A stretch of DNA of 64,000 nt, from contig JAGIQG010000006.1 in assembly GCA_024679065.1 (NCBI GenBank), positions 115,320,001-115,384,000 on the forward strand. Direction: 5' to 3'. The notes under the pieces were generated by a model. The model was not told the origin of the DNA. It did not search any database and worked only from the letters and a program-made list of their open reading frames with translations. Both the position numbers and the translations under genes were made by a program. Position 1 is the stretch's first letter. Every line of letters begins with the position of its first letter. Below are positions 49,700-60,507 of the stretch, one piece after another. The DNA is from Sphyrna mokarran. Lineage: Eukaryota.

Positions 49700-51945
49700 T
49701 TGAGGTACTAAATAAATACATTACACCTGCCTTTACCAAGGAAGAGACTACTGCTGAAGTCATAGTGAAGGCCAAGATAGTTAAGATGCTAAATGGACAA
49801 AAATTGCTTTGGTTTGGAATGGCTGGCTCTCGTTAAAGTTGTTGTGTCAAAAGGAGTGGGTGGGCTACATCTCAAGAAAGCTAAGGAGAGTTGGAGTAGA
49901 AATTGAAAGGCACTGGCCATCCAAGCTTCCTTAGATATAGGCGTAGTGCTAGGGGTCTGTAAAGTTGCACATATTAAACACTTTCTCAAAAAGAGATACA
50001 AGGATAACCCCAGCAATTAAAAACCAATCAATTTAACCTCCATGGTGTTAAAAGTTTTAGACAGGATAATCTGGCACAAAATTAATAGCCAATTGGACAA
50101 GTTTGGGTTAACTAAGGAAAGCCATCATGAGTTGGTTACAAAAATTTCAATGAGATAACAGAAATGTTTGATGAGGGTAGTACAATTGACATACTGCATA
50201 TGGACTTCCAAAAGGTGTTTGCTGAAGTCCCAAATAATAAACTTGTCAGCAAAATTGAAACCTATGGAATAAAAATATGACTGCAATATACAAAGTTAGC
50301 TGAGTGACAGAAAGCAGAGAGTGGTGCTAAACAGTCATTCCTTGGACTAGAGGAAAACATGCAACGAAGTTCCCAAGGGTCAGGACTAGGACCTTGCTTT
50401 CCTTGATTTGATTTATTATTGTCACATGTATTACAATGAAAAGTATTGTTTCTTGCGTGCTATACAGATAAAGCATACCATTCATACAGAAGGAAATAAG
50501 AGTGTGCAAAATGTAGTGCTATAGTCATAACTAGGGTGTAGGGAAAGATTAACTTAATGCAAGATAAGTCCATTCAAAAGTCTGATAGCAGCAGGGAAGA
50601 AGCTGTTCTTGAGTCAGCTGGTACATGACCTCAGTCTTTTACATCTTTTTTCCGAAGGAAGAAGGGGAAGATTCAACGTCCGGGTTGCACGGGGTCCTTA
50701 ATTACGTTGGCTGCTTTGCCGAGACAGTGGAAGTGTAGGCAGAGTCAATGGATGGGATGCTGGTTTGCATGATGGAATGGGCGACATTCATGATCTTTTG
50801 TAGATCCTTGCTATCTTGGGCAGAGTAGAGACATACCAAGCTGTGATACAACCAGAAAAAATGCTTTCTACGGCACATCTGTAAATGTTGGTAAGAGTTG
50901 TAGCTGAGATGCCAAATTTCTTTAGTCTTCTGAGAAAGCAGATGCATTGGTGGGCTTTCTTAACTATAGTGTTGGCATGGGAGGGACCAGGACAGGTTGT
51001 TGGCGATCTGGACACCTAAAAACTTGAAGCTCTTGACCCTCTCTTTATATGTAAATAGCCTGGATTTGAGTATTCGAGATACAATTTCAAAATGCGCATA
51101 AAATTTGGAAGTGTTGTGAATTGTGAGAGGAATAATAATAGATTTCAAGAGGACATAGGCTGGTTGAATGGGTGGACAGGTGGTAGATGAAATATAGTGC
51201 AGGAAATGTAAAGCGATACATTATGTTTAAAGAATGAGATGCATTACAAAATCAATTATATAATTTTAAAAGGGTGATGAGAATGAGAGATCCGGAAGCA
51301 CAAATCACTTGAAGATTCTGGACTTTGCCAGTGGAGATATAGCGTGCAAAACAAAGCAACTGTGAAGTACCTTTATAAAACTCTACCTCAATCTTGATTG
51401 AATTGCATTAATTCTGGACATCTTGCTTTAGGTGGAACATGGAGGCTTTAGAGAAAGCGTAGAAAAGATTACAAGAATGGTTCTAGATATAATAGATTAC
51501 AGTTACGTGGATAGCTGGGAGAAGCTAGGGTTGTTCTCCTTAGAGAAAACACAGGTGACAGAAGGTTTCCTTGAAGTTGTTAAAGTCATGAAGTTTCTAG
51601 ACAGAGATTTTAAAGAGAAACTGTTCTCATTGTTAGAAGGGTTCAGAGCCAGAGGGCACAGATTTAAGGTTATTGGCAAAAGAACCAATAGCAAAATGAG
51701 GAAAAACATTTTTTTTTTTTACGCAGTGGATGGTTAGGATTTGAAAAACACTCCCCGAGTGCATGGGAGAAGCAAATTTAATGAGAGTTTTCAAAATGGA
51801 ATTGGTTAAATACACAAAGAGAAAGAAGTCGCAAGGTTACATTCAAAAGGCAAGAAAGTGGGATTAGCAGAGTTGCTCTGCTAGTTGCAGGGAGGCAGCA
51901 TTGATGCAATGGTTTGAATGACCTCTTCTAAACTATTCTGTGATT
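49700..51945 (+). mobile_element. CR1 LINE ORF2 with 3' end, split by a Rex1/Babar insertion
   Basis: KDNPSN..PINLTS.V.KVL, DILHMDFQKVF.EVP, VPKGQ.LGP, then EKLGLFSLEK, RARGHRFKV and a 3' UTR. Confidence 0.85.
50403..51042 (-). mobile_element. Rex1/Babar LINE 3' fragment
   Basis: ERVKSFKFLGVQIANNLSW, IVKKAHQCICFLRRLKKFGISATTLTNIYRCAVESIFSGCITAWY; tail tacatgtgacaataataaatcaaatcaa. Confidence 0.9.
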
Positions 51946-54190
51946 TAAGACTCAAAATATTGTGGGAAAAAAATGCAACTGATCTTCAGCTGTGGGCAAT
52001 ACAAGTAAAAGAACATGCTCTTGAAAGTTAAATAAGTAAATTTGCCTAAACTATGAGAAGCACAATTGAAAAGGTATCCAGGAACAGATCTAAATTCTAA
52101 AACTTAAAGGTTTATCAATAATAAATAAAATATCTAATATAATTGGCATCAAAGAGATGCTAAATACACTTTTACAGAAGAACTGCAACCACAAATAATT
52201 GATAATACTTTTTTATGTTACTTAATGCAAAAGAATCAGAGGTTTTTATTAAACTGATTTTGGACACTACGTTTGTTACATTTTTCTTGCATTTTTATCA
52301 TTAATTTTGTTGTTATCTTCATAATCTAGGATTAATAACATTAAGCAATTGCGTTATTGCAATTTATGTGAGTTAAAAGGTGCATAAGACACTTGCTTAA
52401 AACAAAGTAATCTTCACCATTAGCAGACACCACAATAACTTGCTATACATGTTTTGAACTTTTAAAGAAGAATCATTTAAAACTTTGTTTACGTCATTAC
52501 CAAAGGATAACAAATAGTTGCTTAATGAACTGTTTATAGAGATTACTGCCTGCTATCGAACATACAATGGGTGGGTTTTTCTGGCCGCGCTTGTTCCAGA
52601 ACTGTAAAATCTCATCCAAGGTCAACAGACCTTTTCATGCTCCACCTCTCAGCTCTCTGTTTCCCTTTGCAGACGGGCAGGTAAAATACCAGCCAAAGTA
52701 GCAACAACACAAGATTATTACGTTATTAATAATTTTATATTTAACTTCATTACAAACAATCAGTTAACTTTGTTAGATGTTCTTTGCAGAATAAAGTAGG
52801 GTTTATTAGAAATAGGGCACATAATAGAATTATGCTAGGGAGTCTACGTCAAGTTTTTTAAAGAGCGAACTGCAGCTACAAACAAACCGTACAACTGCTT
52901 GTGTACATTAATGCAGAGACTTTGCCTTGAGAGAACAAACAATAAATAAAACGTTTTATGATAAGTGAGGCAGAAGAGGAGGAGGTGTGCGTGCATGTGG
53001 GGCAGAAGGTCGGTTCTGTAGTTACCCAGTAGGTTAAACTAGGATTTTTCTGTTTTCTGTTTAGCATTTCCTGTACAACTGTCCAAGTGAATAGCACAAA
53101 CTATCCAATATCTTCAACTCTAACTCAGGTTTGGAGACTTCCGTGGCGGGTCACGGGGAGCAGGAGAATTACCCATCAGAAGTTCAACCTTCCACAGCAT
53201 TCCCATAGACATCAATGTGTCAGAACATCTGTGGAATCCAGGCATGCAAATTGGGTTGTGGATCCAAACTCCAGACACCAGAAGATCTGGGCCATTATAT
53301 CTGTATAAAATATTTTATGTTGAAGTTGTTGAATATGTTTCATAACTAAAATACATTATTGTTTGTTAATACACCCAATCAGTTTCTGGCTATGAATTCA
53401 AAAGATTGAGTTCACCATCCCACAGTAATTTATCTGTTTGCCAAAATATTGATATTTTAGGTTTATTTCTCCAAGCTAATAATCATGCATACAAAAACAG
53501 AATGTCTCACTTTGCCAATTTATTTCTACTAATCCAATACGTGATGAAGAAATTACTTTGGCTCAAGTTACACTGTACTCAAATCAGCACATGATAACAC
53601 CTGAAGACCTTTCATTTAATTTCAATGATTTAGTTAACAACCTGATTTCTACTGCAACTATTACACTAATATCCATTTAAAAATACTTCACTAAAATTTC
53701 AGATTTTTAAGTTTGATTAAAATCTAACACATTTGCTAACATTGTGATGTCACAAGTCAACGTTAATCAATTATTAAGATCACTCAAATATTAAAATATT
53801 TTTCTGATAAATGTTGATGGGCCAATTTTAACAAAGAGTCAACATCAGACATATTACTCTCTCTTTCAGATGCTGAAGTATTTTTCCTATATATTCTATT
53901 TTTGTTGTAATATCTTTAAACTTTGTGTTCCTTTCAGGTTACACAACATTGTCTTTTGAAGTCAAGCACACACATGATCTCTGTAAGGTCATGGAGATGG
54001 GAAAGCAAAGCTGTTACTTCAGGGAGCCGCAAAGTAACAGGCAAGACAGGCCATACAACCACATTCCACCCTCAGAACATCTATGTTTCTATATTATAGG
54101 AGAACACAACTTCAATTAATATTAAATTTAAAAAATTTGAGAATAAAATCTCCTTCTACAAATTAATGTTATTTCTGTTCCAATGATTTC

Positions 54191-55400
54191 TTTTTTTTTT
54201 AAGCAACACAGCACGGGAAACAGGCCCTTCGGCCCAACGAGCCCGCGCCACCGTAATACCAAATCATTATCCTATTTTAATAGTCCTATATAATAATATA
54301 TATATTAATCCTAATTTGGAAAATTTTCACCATAGGGACAATTTGTTACCCAATCAGCCTAAGAGCGAATTTTTGGGTTGTGGGAGGAAACCGGAGTGCC
54401 CGGAGAAAACCCACGCAACCACGGGGAGAACGCGCAAACTCCCGCAGACACCGGCCCAATTCCAAGTGTCTGCACAGCCACATCGATAGTCTCTGAGCTG
54501 TCATGGTGCCCTTCAGATGGTCCACATAAAGCACTCATTTACGACATGAGGTACCAGGCAACCCATGAATCAACATCCAAGAGCTGTACCCGCACCACCT
54601 GCCGAATGCGTGCTCAAATGATGGACCGAATTACCTGTGGAAAAAAGCCGTAGTTAAACAGTCCTAATATATCCCTCTATCTGCATACCGCTCATGTGGC
54701 TGTCCAAGAGACCCTTAAACAGCCCCAGCGTGCCTGCTCCCACCACCTTACTCGGCAGTGCATTCCACACCCCCACTACCCTTTGTGTGAAAAACTGCCC
54801 TCTAATATTCGTCCTATACATAGCCCCCCTCACCCTATGGCCATGACCTCTCGTCCTATCCATTTCTAAAGGTGGAAAAAGTTTACCTCCATTTACTCTA
54901 TCTATACCCCTTATAATCTTATACACCTCTATGAGATCCCCTCTAAGCCGACGTCTTTCAAGGGAAAACAACCCCAGTCTATCTAATCGTTCCTCATAAG
55001 ACAGTCCTTCCATACCAGGCAGCATCCTGGTAAACCTCCTCTGCACTCTCTCCAAGGACTCCACATCCTTCCGATAGTACGGAGACCAGAACTGGGCGCA
55101 GTATTCCAAGTGAGGCCTAACCAAAGTTGTATACAACTGCAACATCAAACTCCTACTCTTATATTCTATACCCTTTTCTATGAAAGCTAACATACTATAC
55201 GCCTTCTTTGTCACCTTCTCCACCTGTGAGGACACCTTCAGAGACTTGTGAACCTGCACCCCCAAGTCTCTCTGCGTCTCTATGCTCCTTATAGTTTTAC
55301 CTTTTATCCTATAATTCTCTTCTACATTTTTCCGGCCAAAATGCATCACCTCGCATTTTTCCGGATTAAATTCCATTTGCCATCTATCTGCCCAATCTGT
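54191..55400 (-). mobile_element. Young 5'-truncated CR1 LINE with uninterrupted ORF2 C-terminus and a long V-domain-containing 3' UTR
   Basis: About 249 open codons (WADRWQMEFNPEKCEVMHFG...LVRPHLEYCAQFWSP...FFTQRVVGVWNALP), stop at 54654-54656, V-domain about 54333-54452, tail gggccgaagggcctgtttcccgtgctg followed by an A run; CpGs retained. Confidence 0.92.
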
Positions 55401-57564
55401 CTTTGTTAAAGGGATAACAGCTAAATAAGTAAAATTACTAAACGAATTGCAAAAGCCTGCACTTATTCGTTGGAACACCATACTGCCTAACTAAAGCTGA
55501 TGAGTCTTTTTCATCTTGTTGACGTGTGAAAACAGCTCACTGGATGCTAATGCTCAAGATTTATAACACTTATAAAATAGCCATTTTTATATATGTGATA
55601 AATCTGGTTTTTTTCCCCTAAAATAGACTTCCTGGTTTACTATTATGAAGCCACCATGGATTAGTATACCAGATTTAACTTGTTTACACAATATACCTCC
55701 ATTAACTCAGATTGCCATTCCACTGGAAGTTATCACGTTGAATTGCATCTTTGCTTGGAAGTTCTTAGCTGAAAAGCTAGCCGATCCTAACTTGCCCAAC
55801 CTTCCAACTCAGGCTGAGAGACTTGAGCAATGCAGCACATCTCTGGGGTCTCGTGTTGAAGTAAATAAGTTGTGCCCTCTTTCCACTAGCTGCAATAAGC
55901 CAGGTAAGTTTAAATGTCCAGCCAGATTCAAGATAAAGTGGTAGTGGGGTAGGGTGTCATGGCGGGGTGGCGGGGAGTGGTGGAAGGAGTGGGGAGGTGG
56001 GTTTACCTCTAGTTTGACAGATGGGGTAATGGGGATATGAGAAGACAATTCTAGCCACAGTTATTGCAAAAGCATTCATGGACCATTTCTCTCATATTCA
56101 ATTCTTTGTACTTTTCCATACTCGCCTTCACTTGGCATTAGATTGCCCACCTAAATAGCTGATCCATATCATTTGATAGAACATAGATCTACCTTACCCT
56201 CACCCAAATTGCAAATGTGACCATTTTGCACTGAGCCACTGAATGCAGATTGTAACACCAATTAGAAACAGTTCACTAGTTCATTACATCACACCATTCT
56301 TTGCTTTTGTGTTTCGCTTGCCTATTTTGACTTATGGTGAATCAACCTGAAAGACTGTCTGCTGAAGTCTGTAATCACACAATTTAATACTTTGCACATT
56401 AAAAATTAATTATAGAGCACGGTTTTGAAATGCACAACAATGTTCTATTAATATGGAACATTCTGAATAAAAAGAGCTAATCTACAGCAATAAAAATAAA
56501 AAAAATCCAGAGATTTGAATGCCCATGTGCAACTGCTAATCTACAATAATGTTATACCAAATCCAAAATTAATTACACTCCTGGAAACATTTAATTATAT
56601 TCAAACCACTAGAGCAGTTGGGTCACGTTCCTACAATAAAGTTAGAAAGACAATTCTTAAATACTACCAACACATCTTTGGGTTTCTACAATCCTAGTAA
56701 TAAACATTTATAATCAGTTATAACCACTTGTGCTTATTAGCAGATTCCTCATGATATCATTCAAAGGAAAATCAAGTTGCATAGTGCCAAAAGTTTTATT
56801 CCACACAATTGTTTTTCTGTTGTGTCTTGATTCAAGCCACAAAATCTAACTGCCCGAAATGTAGATACCCAAGATCAATTCAAATATCACTTGAGGAGGG
56901 AACTTTACTGATTGGAACATAGTCATTCATTTCAAGCTGCGATTCAGAAATCAAGGAAACAAAAGAGATGGAAATGAAACTGAAAGATGAGTGAAAATTG
57001 GGAGCAAAGTTGAAGAGGTTTTCCAATTTGGGCAAGAGCAGGAAATGGCACAGATACAGTCACCTGTGCACTGGAAATCAAGGAGAGAGAAGGGCTCCTT
57101 TAATAGGAGTGAAACAAGAAATGTTTCATGTATGCCATAAGAAGGCAAGCATAGCTAAGACCTAAGTGCATACCCAGAGCAACAGCTCTTATTTGGAGGA
57201 GGTAGGATGAATTAAAAGAGCAATTGTTCAGTGAGAAAAGAAATTCAACCAGACAGAGAAGTGAGTAGGAAGATGGTCAATGGGAACTAGTTGGGTTTCC
57301 ATTCAATGAAGAGAAGGATATAAAGTGAAGAAAAGAAGGGCCTTCAGACTGTTCTGGTGCTCAATGCTCTATCCTTAGCAAAGGACTCAGCATTATTCCC
57401 TTACAATCCCAGCTTAACAAATAAAGCTCAGCATGAAGTTAAACTCCTCTTCCGACACATTTATCTCTGTGTCCATTTCTTTGGCCAGACGTCCTTCTTT
57501 GCTCAATGGATCCATTCATCTGCCTCCAGTGTTCTCTCTTCACTAATCAATTGGAACATGATCA

Positions 57565-58290
57565 TTATTGGCTGGCCAACATTTACTGCACATCCCTAGT
57601 TACCCTTTAGAAGGTGGTGGTGGTGAGCTGTCTTCAAATGCTGCAGTGATGTGGGTTGACCCACAATGTTCTCTGGGAGGGAATTCCAGGATTTTGACTC
57701 AGCAACTGTGAAGGAACAGCGATATATTTCCAAGTCCATGGTGAGTGGCTTGATTAACTTGCAGGTGGGGTGTTCCCATTTATCTGCAGTCCTTGTTCTT
57801 CTAGATGGAAGTAATCATGGGTTTGGAAGGTGCTGTCTAAGTAGCTTGATGAATTTGTGCAGTGCATCTGGTAGATAGTACACATTGCAGCTACTGAGCA
57901 TCAGTGGTGGAGGGAATCTATGTTTGTGGATGTGTGCCAATCAAGTGTGCTGCTTTGTTCTGGATGGCGTCATGCTTCTTGAGTATTGTTGGAGCTGCAC
58001 CCATCCATGGAAGTGGGCAGCATTTCATAATACTCCTTACATGTGCCTTGTAGATGGAGGGCAGACTTTGTGGAGATAGGAGACGAGTTACTCGTCACAG
58101 TACCCCGAGCCTTTAACCTGTTCCTGGAGCCACTATGTTTATCTGGCGTGTTCAGTTGAACTTCTATTCAATGATAACCCCAAGGATGTTGACAGTGGGG
58201 GATTCAGGGATGGAAACATCATTGAATGTCAAGGGGCAGTGGTTAGAGTGTTTCTTATTGGTGATAGTCATTGCCTCGCATTTGTGTGGA
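57565..58290 (-). mobile_element. CR1-group LINE 3' fragment (family of 41200-43412)
   Basis: ctggccaacatttactgcacatccctag tail; gtgccttgtagatgg (IYKA) and gttcagttgaacttctattcaatgataaccccaaggatgttg (NILGVII...LN). Smaller tails of this family lie at about 13351-13460 and 49222-49450. Confidence 0.85.
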
Positions 58291-59439
58291 CCCTGCCTTC
58301 TATCCTGTCACCTCCAAATTTTGTCTATATAAATCCCGAGGTCTCTCTATTCTGGCTGCCCTTTAATATTGTACCATTTGCTTCATATTTCCTTTCACAT
58401 TATTCCTACCAAAATTAATCACTTCACACTATGTTAAAAGTTTATTTTTCACTAGATAGAGTACAACGTAAATGCTCGTGAATCATTACATTCTCATAAC
58501 CATTCGGAAGTCACATCTCCAAGCATATTCAATGTCCACGCAACGTGAATATCACACTAATCGTGCTTAACAATGTGATGACTGCCTTATTCAATCAGAT
58601 ACCACTCTTATCATTTGGAACATCAAAGCTTGTTGATGGCAATGCATTTAAACACTTCAGAAAGCTTTTAATGGTGACTTAGACAGTCAGTATGTTTATA
58701 CGTAGACACCAAATAGTAGAATGACACAATGCCGAATACACATCCAGCTCATAGCCATTCCCGATTTGGACCCCAAGAGCAAGGGCAAATCTTACCAAAA
58801 AAATGGTAAGATGACTAAACCTAGTGTTTCTCTGCTGAGAAAGACGCAGGTTTTTTTCACCAGATCTAATGGCACTTTGTCAAAAAAATAGTGGAGTGTG
58901 TTTCACATCATCATGTTAAGGCATGGGGCCTCAATTTACCAGTGAATGCACTGATTGGCACCCTGATCAAACCTAGAAATCACTCCTCTTCCCACCCTCC
59001 TCACCAAAATCTTCCTCTCTCCGCGCCACTGTGCACATATGCTGTTCTCCACCCAATGAGGCTCCTACTAGGTCCCCCCTCATACTGCCCTGGTACAGAT
59101 TGGCAATGCTAGGGCACTCTCCTCCAGGGACTATATTCACCTTTGCGCCCTAGAGGAGGGCAGGAGGTTCTCTATGACATTTCACATCTATGTGAACCTA
59201 TTGTAAGCCAATATGTCAAGTCAGGCAAAGCTTTGAAAATATGGTGAGGGGCGGAGAATTATGTGGCAAGGGCATCTTTAATTATGTTCAAATGTTTTTA
59301 AGTGCATTGTAATCAGGTTCACACTCATCGCTTGCTAGGTGTGGTAAAATCAGAGATCATAATCTCACTGGTGAGATTTACAATGTAATATGTCTCACAA
59401 CACCAGGTTAAAGTCCAACAGATTTATTTGATACCAGGC

Positions 59440-59478
59440 TCAACTAGCTTTCAGAGCACTGCTCCGTCATCAGGTGAG
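59440..59478 (-). ncRNA. Hammerhead-ribozyme-like motif in the Penelope pLTR
   Basis: Minus strand CTGATGA-cGGAGC-agt-GCTCT-GAAA-gctag: both catalytic boxes and stem II are present; stem III and the cleavage triplet are imperfect. Confidence 0.6.
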
Positions 59479-59656
59479 TGGGAGTTCTGTTCACAAAAAG
59501 GGCATATAAAGACACAAACTCAGTTTACAAAATAATGATTGGAATGCAAGTCTTTATAGGTAACAAGTCTTAAAGTTACAGTCAATGTGAGTGGAAAGAG
59601 CATTAACCACAAGTTAAAGAGATGTGTATTGTCTCCAGACAGGACAGTCAGTGAGA

Positions 59657-60507
59657 TTTGCAGAGAGACTTGGACAAGTTGCAGAGCTGGGCTGAGAGGT
59701 GGCAAATGGAGTTTAATGTGGAAAAGTGTGAGGTAATGCACTTTGGCAGGAACAATAAATGTGTAGCGTATAGGGCTAATGGTAGGGCTCTTAATAGTGT
59801 TGAGGAACAGAAGGATCTTGGTGTATGTGTCAATAGATCCCTGAAAGTAGGCAGTCAAGTGGATAAAGTTGTTAAGAAGGCATATGGAGTCTAGCTTTTA
59901 TTGGTAGGGGGATTGAATTTAGGAGCCGCAGCATCATGTTGCAACTGTACAAAACTCTAGTGCGGCCGCACTTGGAGTATTGTGTGCAGTTCTGGTCCCC
60001 ACTTTATAAGAAAGATGTGAAGGCATTGGAGAGGGTACAGAGGAGGTTTACCAGGATGTTGCCTGGTATGGAGGGCAGGTCCTATGAAGAGAGGTTGAAG
60101 GATTTGAGGTTGTTTCGTTAGAAAGGAGGCGGCTAAGAGGGGATCTTATTGAAGCATATAAGATGATTAGAGGTTTAGATAGGGTGGACCGTGATAGCCT
60201 TTTTCCTAGGATGGAGAAAGCTAGCACGAGGGGACACAGCTTTAAATTAAGGGGTGATAGTTATAGGACGGATATCAGAGGTAGGTTCTTTACCCAGAGG
60301 GTGATTAGGGAGTGGAATGCCCTGCCTGCGTCAGTTGTAGATGCGCCAAGTTTGGTGGCGTTTAAGAGATTAGTTGATAAGTTTATGGAAGAGAAGGGAA
60401 TGGTTTAGTTTGGAGGGTCATTGCTTTTTTTTTCCATAATTGGCCGGCGCAACATCGAAGGCCGAAGGGCCTGTTCTGCGCTGTAACGTTCTACGTTCTA
60501 TTTTGCA
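59657..60507 (+). mobile_element. Young 5'-truncated CR1 LINE nested in the Penelope element
   Basis: LQRDLDKLQSWAERWQMEFNVEKC...RPHLEYCVQFWSP...FFTQRVIREWNALP with only two frameshifts; (cgttcta)n tail; TTTGCA at 59657-59662 and 60502-60507 as probable TSD. Confidence 0.93.

Noticed and set aside
54654-55481. 275-aa ORF, the longest in the window, as a host gene
   Set aside because: It is a CR1 ORF2 C-terminus. The first about 27 residues are chance read-in from flanking DNA, and the RT catalytic core is missing.
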